In this document: positions 1-8,732 of the stretch, piece by piece
Layout: every line of letters begins with the position of its first letter
Position numbering within the stretch: the stretch's first letter is position 1
Origin: Candidatus Levyibacteriota bacterium
GTDB lineage: Bacteria; Patescibacteriota; Microgenomatia; Levybacterales; UBA12049
Reading direction: 5' to 3'
DNA length: 35,454 nucleotides
Assembly: GCA_016184205.1 (NCBI GenBank)
Contig: JACPDD010000009.1
Coordinates: 1-35,454 of the forward strand
Program-made: the position numbers and the translations under genes
Notes under the pieces: model-generated
Databases searched by the model: none
What the model was told of the DNA's origin: nothing
Seen by the model: only the letters and a program-made list of their open reading frames with translations

Positions 1-86
1 ACTGTAGCAACAAAGAAAATACAATCGTACGCATTTATAGAATAGTTTGGAAAAACCTAAAGAGAAATTCATATTTAGCAAATAGC

Positions 87-494
87 TTGGCAAACATTGA
101 AGTATTAGATTTAGCGTCTAATGAAAAAATTATCTTACCTTTATATCTATTGCACAAAAGAGCTTATAAATTACGTGTAACCACAAAATTTAATGTGAGA
201 GGAACATCTGATGAGAGAATATTAAGTGAAAGGGAAGAAATAATGCCAGGATCCAGAATTTTTTTACCAAAGCACAGATATGAATTGTGCTTTGAAGATA
301 TTGATGGTAATTTTTTTGACCAACGAGGCAAGTTAGTGAATTTAGAAGAAGCAGATTTATGGTGGACTTTAGAAAACACATTTACATATTTGAAAGATTG
401 GGACATTTTTCCATTTTTCAAACACTCGATTATGATTACCAAATCAAAAATAAAATTTTTTCTTAAAGTAACTCTTTGGAATCTAGGACTTTAA
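87..494 (+). CDS. hypothetical protein
   Basis: 135-aa ORF with a TTG start in the ORF track. It is the only long ORF at this locus, is AT-rich, and shows no recognisable motif. Confidence 0.35.
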   Translation: MANIEVLDLASNEKIILPLYLLHKRAYKLRVTTKFNVRGTSDERILSEREEIMPGSRIFLPKHRYELCFEDIDGNFFDQRGKLVNLEEADLWWTLENTFTYLKDWDIFPFFKHSIMITKSKIKFFLKVTLWNLGL

Positions 495-515
495 AGTCTT
501 GACTCCAAGTGCATA

Positions 516-544
516 TTGCATCGGCTAGGAAACTTTGGTAAATT
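516..544 (+). promoter_or_regulatory. candidate sigma70-type promoter for thyA
   Basis: TTGCAT (516-521), 17-nt spacer, TAAATT (539-544). It lies 11 nt upstream of ATG 556, so the leader would be very short. Confidence 0.3.
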
Positions 545-555
545 GTAACGAGCTA

Positions 556-1431
556 ATGGCAGAACGTCACCAAGAATATCAATATTTGGATTTGCTAAAA
601 GACATCCTTAAGAATTGTGAGAGGAAAAAGGTCCATAATGTGAAAGTTGGAACTAAAAATGTTTTTGGCCGCCAAATAAGATTCGATCTTTCAAAAGGAT
701 TTCCGCTTTTAACCACAAAAGATAACAATGTTCACATTTGGGATGAATGGGGATACAAAAAATACTTAGAAAAAATTTCTAAGCTAAAAACTAAAGCTTT
801 GTCTATGGATGAATATTTAGGCAAAATTAGGACAGATAATAAATTCGCAAAAGTTTATGGAGAACTTGGTCCTGTTTATGGCGTGCAGTGGAGAAAATGG
901 AAAACGTCAGACGGAAGAGTTGTAGACCAGCTTAAGTGGGCAATCGAAAGATTGAGGCTTAATCCAGAACGAAGACACTACTTAGTCTCGGCTTGGAACC
1001 CTGAATTTATATATGAAATGGCTGCTTCTAGGGAAAAGGCTCAAGTTTTGCCTCCATGCCACACTTTTTTCCACTTTTATGTCGCAAATGGCAGATTGTC
1101 GTGCCAGCTTTACCAAAGGAGTGCCGATATGTTTTTGGGTGTGCCATTTAATATTGCGTCATATGCACTGTTGACTCTCATAATTGCTCATGTAACAGGA
1201 TATAAGCCAGGATTTTTTGTTCATACGTTTGGAGATGCTCATATATATGATAACCACGTCGCCCAAGTTAAAGAACAGCTTAAAAGAAAGCCTCACAAAT
1301 TTCCGAAAATACGACTTAATTCGAAAATAAAAGACATTGATAATCTTAAATTTGAAGACATCGAACTTATTGAATATAAACCATACCCGCCAATTAAAGG
1401 AGAAGTGGCGGTTGTAGGCGGTTTTTCGTAG
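556..1431 (+). CDS. thyA: thymidylate synthase ThyA, lacking a conserved ~25-aa segment
   Basis: Motifs IWDEW, GPVYGVQWRKW, LPPCHTFFHFYV (catalytic Cys), SCQLYQRSADMFLGVPFNIASYALL and GDAHIY. ATG 556 (MAERHQEYQYLDLL) is preferred over TTG 535. Confidence 0.9.
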   Translation: MAERHQEYQYLDLLKDILKNCERKKVHNVKVGTKNVFGRQIRFDLSKGFPLLTTKDNNVHIWDEWGYKKYLEKISKLKTKALSMDEYLGKIRTDNKFAKVYGELGPVYGVQWRKWKTSDGRVVDQLKWAIERLRLNPERRHYLVSAWNPEFIYEMAASREKAQVLPPCHTFFHFYVANGRLSCQLYQRSADMFLGVPFNIASYALLTLIIAHVTGYKPGFFVHTFGDAHIYDNHVAQVKEQLKRKPHKFPKIRLNSKIKDIDNLKFEDIELIEYKPYPPIKGEVAVVGGFS

Positions 1432-1451
1432 AATAATTGAAAAAAGATAAA

Positions 1452-1982
1452 ATGAATAAACCAATAGTTAGTATGATTGTTGCGGTTGGAGAAAACAGGG
1501 AAATGGGAAAAGACAATGATTTGCCTTGGGGAAGAGCACTGCCAACTGACATGAAAAGATTCAGAGACAAAATCCGTGGGCATACTATAATTTCCGGAAG
1601 AAGAACTTTTGAATCTATGGGCAGCAAACCATTGCCAAACAGGACAAACATAATAATTTCGCGGGAGCCGAATTATAAGCCGGAAGGCGTAATAGTTGTT
1701 GACTCGGTAGAAAAAGCAATCGAAGAAGCAAAAAAACATGAAAAGGAAGCCGCCTCCGCCAAAGGCTCCGGCGAGCCAGGAGAGATTTTTGTAATCGGCG
1801 GCGGAAAGATTTTTGAGCTATCAATGCCTTACGCCGATAAATTGTATTTGACCCTAATACACGCAAAGTTTCCCGAGGCAGATACTTTTTTCCCGGATTA
1901 TTCTGATTTTAAAAAAGAAGTTTGCAGGGAAGAAGTTTCCGAAAACGGATACACCTACGAGTTCATTGACCTTGTAAGATAA
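1452..1982 (+). CDS. folA: dihydrofolate reductase
   Basis: MIVAVGENREMGKDNDLPW, GRRTFESMG..PLPNRTNIIISR and FVIGGGKIF. Lies directly after thyA. ATG 1452 is preferred over TTG 1437. Confidence 0.9.
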   Translation: MNKPIVSMIVAVGENREMGKDNDLPWGRALPTDMKRFRDKIRGHTIISGRRTFESMGSKPLPNRTNIIISREPNYKPEGVIVVDSVEKAIEEAKKHEKEAASAKGSGEPGEIFVIGGGKIFELSMPYADKLYLTLIHAKFPEADTFFPDYSDFKKEVCREEVSENGYTYEFIDLVR

Positions 1983-2004
1983 GCAGTTGTATACTAGACG
2001 TACA

Positions 2005-3327
2005 ATGAGCCAGCTTAAAAATTCAGATCCTCAAGTTTTTGAATTAATAAAAGAAGAGGAAATCCGTCAAAAAGAAGTTTTGGAAATGATTCCCTCGGAA
2101 AACTATACCTCGGCCGCAGTTATGGAAGCTTTGGGAAGTGTTCTTACAAACAAATACTCAGAAGGTTACCCAAAGAAGAGATACTACCAAGGAAATAAAA
2201 TCGTAGACAGCGTTGAAACTCTGGCCCAAGAGCGTGCTAAAAAGCTTTTTGGCGTACCATATGTAAATGTGCAGCCATATTCCGGAAGTCCTGCGAATGC
2301 TGAGATTTACATGAGCTTGCTGGAGCCTTTAAAAGACAAGATTATGGGTCTTTCTCTTGCTTTCGGAGGACATTTAACGCATGGGGCGCCGGTTTCCTTC
2401 TCCGGAAAATATTTTAAAACAGTCGCCTATGAGCTCAGTGAGCACGGACTTTTGGATTACGATAAGATTTTTGAAATTGCAAAAAGCGAAAGACCAAAAA
2501 TTATAGTTTGCGGAGCAACAGCATACCCAAGAATTATAGACTTTAAAAAGTTTGGAGAAATCGCAGATGAAGTTGAGGCGTTTCTGCTTGCGGATATCTC
2601 CCATATTGCAGGGCTAATTGTGGCAGGTGTCCATCCATCGCCCGCCCCGTATGCGGACATTATCATGACCACGACACACAAAACCCTACGTGGCCCAAGA
2701 GGTGCAATGATTATGGTGACGGAGAAGGGACTTTTGGAAGATACAGAGCTTGCTGAAAAGATTGATAAGGCGGTATTTCCTGGATTCCAAGGAGGGCCTC
2801 ATGATAACCAGACAGCAGCAATTGCAGTGGCTTTAGAGGAGGCAGGAAAGCCTGAATTTCAAAAATATGGGCAGCAGGTTGTAAAAAACGCAAAAGCACT
2901 AGCTTTAGAGCTTAAAAAATTTGATTTTGACATGGTAAGCGGCGGAACAGATAACCATTTAATTTTGATTGACCTTGGGAGTAAAAAAGTAAACGGAGCA
3001 GTGGCCGCGTACGCTCTGGAAGTTGCCGGAATTGTGGTAAATAAAAATGCGGTTCCAAATGATACTATGCCGCCATTTTATCCCTCTGGAATTCGCCTTG
3101 GAACTCCGGCAATAACAACAAGAGGAATGAAAGAGCGGGAAATGGTAAAAATTGCCGCATGGATTAATACTGTTTTAAATGAAGTTCATGGGGAGCAGGT
3201 TCCGGATACAAAAGAAACAAGGTCAGCATTCTGGAAGATATTTAGAACAAAAGCAAAGGAAAACGAAAATCTTTTGAAGATTGCAGGAGAAATAAAGGAA
3301 TTAACTCAAAAATTTCCTTTACCCTAG
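2005..3327 (+). CDS. glyA: serine hydroxymethyltransferase
   Basis: PSENYTS, YSEGYPKKRYYQG, GGHLTHG and TTTHKTLRGPRG (PLP lysine). ATG 2005 is preferred over TTG 1987. Confidence 0.95.
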   Translation: MSQLKNSDPQVFELIKEEEIRQKEVLEMIPSENYTSAAVMEALGSVLTNKYSEGYPKKRYYQGNKIVDSVETLAQERAKKLFGVPYVNVQPYSGSPANAEIYMSLLEPLKDKIMGLSLAFGGHLTHGAPVSFSGKYFKTVAYELSEHGLLDYDKIFEIAKSERPKIIVCGATAYPRIIDFKKFGEIADEVEAFLLADISHIAGLIVAGVHPSPAPYADIIMTTTHKTLRGPRGAMIMVTEKGLLEDTELAEKIDKAVFPGFQGGPHDNQTAAIAVALEEAGKPEFQKYGQQVVKNAKALALELKKFDFDMVSGGTDNHLILIDLGSKKVNGAVAAYALEVAGIVVNKNAVPNDTMPPFYPSGIRLGTPAITTRGMKEREMVKIAAWINTVLNEVHGEQVPDTKETRSAFWKIFRTKAKENENLLKIAGEIKELTQKFPLP

Positions 3328-3328
3328 C

Positions 3329-3685
3329 ATGAGCTCAAAGGAGGCAGAGCTAAGAAGGTTTGTAAAACAGGAGCTTTCTGGACTTAGCCCTTATTTGGGA
3401 GAAGGTCTGGAGGCGGCAAGCGATTGGGTGGAGTTAGATATTATAGCTGCTGAGGCAAAATTTGTCCCAAAACACCCTCCTAAAAGATCGCCAAGGTGGT
3501 TTGAAACAAATCGAAGTAATAGCGCAAAAGGTCATACTCGTAAAGAACATACTACGGAGATGCTTGCATCCAAGCCGAATTTAAGAGCTAGGATGTTAGA
3601 ACAAGACGAAAGATTCGACCGATTAAAAAGGGGCGGACGGCTTACTACGCAATGGAGAAGATACGGCAGTAGAAGAGGGCTGTAG
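3329..3685 (+). CDS. hypothetical basic protein
   Basis: 118-aa ORF starting 1 nt after the glyA stop. Arg/Lys-rich C-terminal half. No family recognised. Confidence 0.45.
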   Translation: MSSKEAELRRFVKQELSGLSPYLGEGLEAASDWVELDIIAAEAKFVPKHPPKRSPRWFETNRSNSAKGHTRKEHTTEMLASKPNLRARMLEQDERFDRLKRGGRLTTQWRRYGSRRGL

Positions 3686-3697
3686 TTTTGTAGATTC

Positions 3698-3726
3698 TTG
3701 TTTTTAACCTTAGCTTCTGCTAGAAT
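3698..3726 (+). promoter_or_regulatory. candidate promoter for the rpsB operon
   Basis: TTGTTT (3698-3703), 17-nt spacer, TAGAAT (3721-3726). The ~95-nt leader contains a GGAGG-aagc-CCTCC hairpin. Confidence 0.45.
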
Positions 3727-3821
3727 ACATAAATCACACACGCTTGGTTTTAATCTTTGTAAAAATTGCCAAGCGGAGGAAGCCCTCCTACGCATAAAGC
3801 TTCGGAAGGGTAAAGATTATT

Positions 3822-4676
3822 ATGAGACAGGTTACACTTGAGCAGTTACTTTCGGCCGGATGCCATTTTGGACATCAGATAACCAGACAAAACCCTAAAG
3901 CACGCGACTTTATTTTTGAAAGCCGCGACAATATCCACATTATTGACCTTGCCAAAACTAAAGTTGGGCTTGAAGAAGCAGCTGCTTTTATTCGCGAACT
4001 TGGAACAATAGCAGGAAGTAGCATGATTGTTATTGGTACAAAAAGACAAGCACAGGCCCCAGTTGTTGCCCAAGTTAAAAGAGCAGAAGATGAAGGTGCA
4101 TCCGAAGGGCTATTTTCAGTTACAAACCGCTGGATTGGCGGACTTCTTACAAATTTCCAGGAAGTTTCCAAAAATTTTGAAAAGCTTTCGGATTTATCAA
4201 GTAAATTAGTAAGTGACGAGGAAAAATCCAAGTACACTAAAAAAGAAGTGGGAGATTGGGCAAAAGAAAAACAAAAACTTGAGAACTTTTACGGCGGGGT
4301 AGCTAATATGAAAAAGACTCCAGACGCACTTTTTATAATTGATACACACCTTGAAAATCTAGCTGTAAGAGAAGCAAGAGCGATGGGCATTGCGACGGTT
4401 GGAATTGTTGATACAAATGCAGATCCCGAGGTTATAGACTATGTAATTCCTGCAAACGATGATGCAGTAGGTAGCGTAGAACTTCTTGTAAGTTATATAA
4501 TGGACGCATGGATTGAAGGCCGCAAGGATTTGAAGAATAAGACCCAAAAGGAAGAAGCAAAAGTAGCGTCGGACAAAAAGAAAGAAGAGAAAACTAAAGA
4601 AAAACCTGCAACCACAGAGAACACTGAAAAAAAGAAAAAGCCAATTAAGACAGCTGTAAAACGTGGCAGTAAATAA
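3822..4676 (+). CDS. rpsB: 30S ribosomal protein S2 with a Lys/Glu-rich C-terminal tail
   Basis: LLSAGCHFGHQ, NRWIGGLLTNF and LFIIDT..E..AVREA..MGI..VGIVDTNADP. Confidence 0.95.
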   Translation: MRQVTLEQLLSAGCHFGHQITRQNPKARDFIFESRDNIHIIDLAKTKVGLEEAAAFIRELGTIAGSSMIVIGTKRQAQAPVVAQVKRAEDEGASEGLFSVTNRWIGGLLTNFQEVSKNFEKLSDLSSKLVSDEEKSKYTKKEVGDWAKEKQKLENFYGGVANMKKTPDALFIIDTHLENLAVREARAMGIATVGIVDTNADPEVIDYVIPANDDAVGSVELLVSYIMDAWIEGRKDLKNKTQKEEAKVASDKKKEEKTKEKPATTENTEKKKKPIKTAVKRGSK

Positions 4677-4998
4677 TAAATATTTATTCAGTGAGCTTGG
4701 TTCGGAATTAGTTGAAAAGCTATATCAAAGAGCACTCAGAATTGAACTATTGAAAAACGAAATGCAGTTTAATAGGGAAAAAAGAATCAGTATGAAATAT
4801 CAAGGGGTTAATATAGGATTTGATAAGGTAGACTTCGATGTTGAAGAAAAAGTGCTAGTTGAACTCAAGGCTGTATCAGAATTGAATGACATTCATATGG
4901 CGCAAATGATATCATATCTTAAGTCATCTGGAAGAAGAATTGGATTATTGCTAAACTTTGCAAAATTAAGACTTGAAATAAAGAGAATAGCTGTGTAA
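4663..4998 (+). CDS. GxxExxY-family (PD-(D/E)XK-like) small protein, apparently N-terminally short
   Basis: The LGSELVEKLYQRAL..EL, VDFDVEEKVLVELKAV, MAQMISYLKSSG and GLLLNFAKLRLEIKRI pattern is typical of GxxExxY proteins. The GTG start overlaps the rpsB stop. Confidence 0.6.
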   Translation: MAVNNKYLFSELGSELVEKLYQRALRIELLKNEMQFNREKRISMKYQGVNIGFDKVDFDVEEKVLVELKAVSELNDIHMAQMISYLKSSGRRIGLLLNFAKLRLEIKRIAV

Positions 4999-5027
4999 TT
5001 AGCATTATCAGTGGTTGCAAGAAAAAT

Positions 5028-5489
5028 ATGAAAGCAGATATAAAACTTCTCAAAAAATTGCGTGAGCAAACTCAAGTTTCAATAGCCGATGTTAGACATG
5101 CTTTGGAAGAATCGGATAATGATTACAAGAAAGCTCTTATCTTGCTCAAGGACAAGGGAATAGAAAAAGCTAGGAAAAAATCCGATCGTGAAACCTCGCA
5201 GGGAGTAGTTGAATCATATATTCATCAAAATGGCCGAGTAGGAGCTATGGTTGAACTCCTTTGTGAGACGGATTTTGTAGCAAGAACAGATGAATTTAAA
5301 AATCTGGCACATGAAATAGGAATGCAGGTTGCCGCAATGAAGCCAAAAAACGTTGAAAGCCTTTTAAAACAGGAATATATCCGCGACACATCCTTAACCA
5401 TTGATAAACTTATTAAATCCGCAATTGGAAAACTGGGCGAAAACATTGTTATTAAAAGATTCAAAGTTTTTGAAATAGGAGAAGACTAG
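5028..5489 (+). CDS. tsf: elongation factor Ts, short form
   Basis: N-terminal UBA-like LKKLREQTQVSIADVRHALEESDNDYKKALILLKDKG, then ELLCETDFVARTDEF. Canonical position after rpsB. Confidence 0.9.
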   Translation: MKADIKLLKKLREQTQVSIADVRHALEESDNDYKKALILLKDKGIEKARKKSDRETSQGVVESYIHQNGRVGAMVELLCETDFVARTDEFKNLAHEIGMQVAAMKPKNVESLLKQEYIRDTSLTIDKLIKSAIGKLGENIVIKRFKVFEIGED

Positions 5490-5501
5490 TAGTATTTGCT
5501 T

Positions 5502-6062
5502 ATGGATTCTGTAGTTTCCAAAGCGCGGGAGAAGATGCAAAAGATTCTGGAAGTTTTAAGATCTGACCTTTCTACAGTTAGGACCGGACGGGCAGCGCCT
5601 TCACTTGTTGAAAACATTGTAGTTTCGGCTTATGGCGGCAGCGCAAGACTTAAAGTAATGGAACTTGCAACTATTACTTGCCCCGACTCTCAGACTTTAG
5701 CTGTTACTCCTTTTGACGGTTCTATTATTGGTGAAATTCAAAAAGGAATAATAGAGTCCGGCTCCGGCCTAAATCCAGTGATTGACGGACAGCTCATAAG
5801 AATTGCAGTTCCAATGCTTTCGGAGGAGAGAAGGCAGGAGTTAATAAAACTTATGAAGCAAAAACTTGAAAATGGAAGAATTATGGTGCGTCAGGCAAGG
5901 CATGAGGCAATGGAAGAAGTTAAAAAGCAGCATAATGAAAAGACAATCGGAGAAGATGATATGGTGAGACTTGAAAAAGAAATACAAAAAGCAACAGATG
6001 ATACAATGCTTAAAATTGATGAGATGGGGAAGCGCAAGGAAGAAGAACTGATGCAAATCTAG
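5502..6062 (+). CDS. frr: ribosome recycling factor
   Basis: LSTVRTGRAAPSLVENI, LNPVIDGQLIRIAVPMLSEERRQEL and IMVRQARHEAM. ATG 5502 is preferred over TTG 5496. Confidence 0.93.
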   Translation: MDSVVSKAREKMQKILEVLRSDLSTVRTGRAAPSLVENIVVSAYGGSARLKVMELATITCPDSQTLAVTPFDGSIIGEIQKGIIESGSGLNPVIDGQLIRIAVPMLSEERRQELIKLMKQKLENGRIMVRQARHEAMEEVKKQHNEKTIGEDDMVRLEKEIQKATDDTMLKIDEMGKRKEEELMQI

Positions 6063-6133
6063 GGAAGCATTGTTAAATTGTTTCATTGTTGCGAGCCTTG
6101 CTCGCTCATTGTTTCTTAGCGAAATTTGTTATC

Positions 6134-7243
6134 ATGGAGATTTTAATTTTCATATTGATTTTGACAGTGCTTGTTCTTGTTCATGAAGCTGGGCATTTTT
6201 TTGTTGCAAAAAAGCTTGGGATAAAAGTTGAAGAATTCGGCTTTGGAATTCCACCAAGAGCATTTTCGCTAAAAAGAGGCGAGACTGTCTACTCTATAAA
6301 TTGGCTGCCAATTGGGGGATTTGTAAAACTTTACGGCGAAGACAGCGCAGGCGGGGGGAAAGTAAAGCCATAAGCCACCAGCCACCAGCCATCAGTAGAT
6401 TTGAAGCGGGCGTTTTTTGCAAGGCCGCCATGGCAAAGAGGCATTGTTATAGTAGCTGGCGTTGTGATGAACTTTGTCTTGGCAGTTGTAATAATTTCTT
6501 ATCTTTTTGGAGTTTCAGGAGTTCCAGTTCCCGGAGACAAGGTGATTGTTACAGGCGTTTCATCTTCTTCCCCTGCCCAGAAAGCAGGCCTTTCACAGGG
6601 AGATACAGTTTTATCCGTAAATAATGTTGCCATTAAAACACCAACGCAGTTAACAGATTATACCAAGAGGCATTTGGGAGAGGAGCTTGAGGTAGTTGTG
6701 CAGAAGAAAAATGGGCAGACCAAGGAGGTTTCACTTACTCCGCGCAAAGCTTATCCTGAAGGACAAGGGCCAATTGGAGTAAGCGTTGCGTCAAATACGC
6801 TCATAAAGAAATACCCTTGGTATCAGGCGCCAATCATTGGGACCCAAGAAGCCTTAAAAACTTCCTGGATGATTGCATCAAGCATTGGCTCCACACTTTT
6901 TCAATTAGTTACAAAAGCGCAAGTTCCTCAGGGTGTTGCCGGTCCTGTTGGAATAGCACAGCTTACAGGGCAATTTGTTCAAGTAGGTCCAATGGCAGTT
7001 TTGTCTTTGGTTTCTGTTATTTCTCTAAATCTGGCAGTTTTAAATATTTTACCAATTCCTGCACTTGATGGAGGAAGATTATTCTTTATTTTAATAGAAG
7101 CGGTTACCAGAAAAAAAGTCAGCCAGAAGTATGAAAGTTATGCTCATGCCGCGGGAATGGCTTTGCTTTTGGGGCTAATTGCGCTTATTACATTTCACGA
7201 TATTATTAGAATTTTTAGCGGCGAGCCTCTTCTGCCAAAGTAG
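6134..7243 (+). pseudogene. rseP: site-2 (RIP) zinc metalloprotease RseP/RasP, interrupted by one in-frame TAA at 6371-6373
   Basis: HEAGHFFVAKKLG (HExxH) and WLPIGGFVKLYGE lie in ORF 6086..6373. A PDZ-like region and NILPIPALDGGRL lie in ORF 6401..7243. Both ORFs are in the same frame (6401-6086=315). Confidence 0.85.
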
Positions 7244-7246
7244 TAC

Positions 7247-7594
7247 TTATTCTTCCCGCTCTTTTCTTGAATTTTCCAGTTCAGCATTTCTTAAAAGGCT
7301 ATGTGTAATAGTTATTAACTTTGCTGTTGCCATAACTTGGCATAACATATTTATACAATCCATGCGTTCACTTTTCGTCCTTTTTCTTTTAAGAAATTCA
7401 TGTGAAAGATCTATTACTTGATTTGGTGTTGTTATTGCAATTCCCACATCATCCCTTTCGGGACTATCCATGTGTGAAGTTACAATTTCCGCTAGCGCCG
7501 CAGGTTGAAAAAACCTGGGCTCAAAGCTCATTTGGGCCTTGTTTAAATCTCTATTAACAAATGGCTCCAGATTAGGATGCAGGCTTTCCGTCAT
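7247..7594 (-). CDS. hypothetical protein
   Basis: 115-aa ORF filling the rseP-proS gap on the opposite strand. No family recognised. Confidence 0.4.
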   Translation of the reverse strand: MTESLHPNLEPFVNRDLNKAQMSFEPRFFQPAALAEIVTSHMDSPERDDVGIAITTPNQVIDLSHEFLKRKRTKSERMDCINMLCQVMATAKLITITHSLLRNAELENSRKEREE

Positions 7595-7651
7595 AGCATA
7601 AAAAAAGATTATACAAGAATTTTTTGGAAAGTGCTATACTCTTTTCATGTC

Positions 7652-8730
7652 ATGAGATATTCTAAGTTGTTTGGGAAAACTGTAAAAAATGCGCCAAAAG
7701 ATGAGACTTCTGTTAATGCAAAGCTTTTGACCCAAGCCGGTTTTATAAGAAAAGAAGTTGCTGGTGTTTATAATTTTTTGCCGCTGGGGCTTAGAGTTGT
7801 CAATAAGATATCAAACATAGTGCGGGAAGAAATGGACGCGGTCGGTGGGCAAGAACTTTTACTTTCCGCTATTCAAAATAAAGAAAGTTGGGAAAAAACC
7901 GGCAGATGGGAAAGCTTTGATGTACTTTTTAAAATCGCCAGCCAATTTGAAAAAGAATATGCGCTTGGCCCAACGCATGAAGAAGTTCTTGTTCCGCTTG
8001 CGCAAGAATTTATCCTTTCTTACAAGGATTTACCTTTATATGTTTACCAAATCCAAACTAAATTTAGAGATGAAGCGCGTGCCAAGGCAGGGCTGCTTCG
8101 CGGGCGGGAGTTTTTGATGAAAGATTTTTATTCTTTCCATGAGTCGCAGGAAGACCTTGATGCATATTATGAAAAAATGAAAGGCGCGTATAAAAAAGCA
8201 TACGAACGAATGGGACTAAGCGCTATTGAAACCAAAGCGGGCGGGGGAACTTTTTCTGATTTTTCCCATGAGTATCAAGTTGTAACGGATGCCGGGGAGG
8301 ATGAAATTATTTATTGTTCAGGAGGAGATTTTTCCGAAAATTCGGAAATTGCAAAAGTGGCGGAAGGAAAACAATGTGACCTGGGACACGGACCTTTAAA
8401 AAAGTCAAAATCTATTGAGGTAGGAAACATTTTCCCTATCGGCGACAAGTTCTCTCGAGCGGCGAAGCGGGTTCTGGAACCGAGCCTTGGGCAAAAGAAG
8501 TTTACAAAAGATTAACCGGAGCCGGCGTTGAGGTACTTTGGGATGAGCGGGAAAATGCATCGGCTGGGGAAAAATTTGCAGATGCGGATCTTATAGGAAT
8601 TCCTGTACGTCTGGTTGTTTCCGCAAAGCTTGGAAAAGGTAAAATTGAAGTAAAAAATAGACATGAGAATGAATCAAAGATAATGGGAATTGACGATGTT
8701 TTGGCTTATTTTTGCCAAGATTGTAAGTAA
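7652..8730 (+). pseudogene. proS: prolyl-tRNA synthetase (no INS domain) with an internal deletion and frameshift near 8455-8490
   Basis: Frame A: MRYSKLFGKT, FRDEARAKAGLLRGREFLMKDFYSF and IEVGNIFPIGDKFS, ending at 8515. Frame B is open from 8419 and gives AKEVYKRLTGAGVEVLWDERENASAGEKFADADLIGIPVRLVV...K* (stop at 8728-8730). The motif-3 GCYGIG region is absent. Confidence 0.85.
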
Positions 8731-8732
8731 GC

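Noticed and set aside
1159-1866. Minus-strand ORFs overlapping thyA and folA. Similar antisense or overlapping ORFs include 164-442, 2374-2899, 3846-4237, 5225-5464, 5841-6086, 10894-11307, 14759-14971, 22869-23305, 24061-24435, 25194-25926, 26302-26613, 30161-30433, 31977-32299, 33116-33352 and 34394-34642.
   Set aside because: Each lies entirely within, or mostly overlaps, a strongly supported conserved gene on the other strand or in another frame. Their low-complexity translations are typical of shadow ORFs.
5490-5501. Missing pyrH between tsf and frr as an anomaly
   Set aside because: The tsf-pyrH-frr order is common but not universal. The 12-nt gap shows no remnant of a deleted gene, so this is simply a different gene order.
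6301-6624. Alternative-frame ORFs across the rseP break (6301..6624) and at 6817..7068 and 7179..7421
   Set aside because: Their translations are Cys/Arg/Ser-rich nonsense. The conserved RseP motifs are all in the frame of 6134..7243.
8465-8474. Exact 10-mer CGAAGCGGGT shared by the proS junction and the prs insert (14168-14177) as proof of a common element
   Set aside because: Exact 10-mer matches are expected hundreds of times by chance among all pairs in a 35-kb window. Only the wider CTCG.G...GCGA.GCGGG resemblance, also seen in msrB, is reported, and only as tentative.
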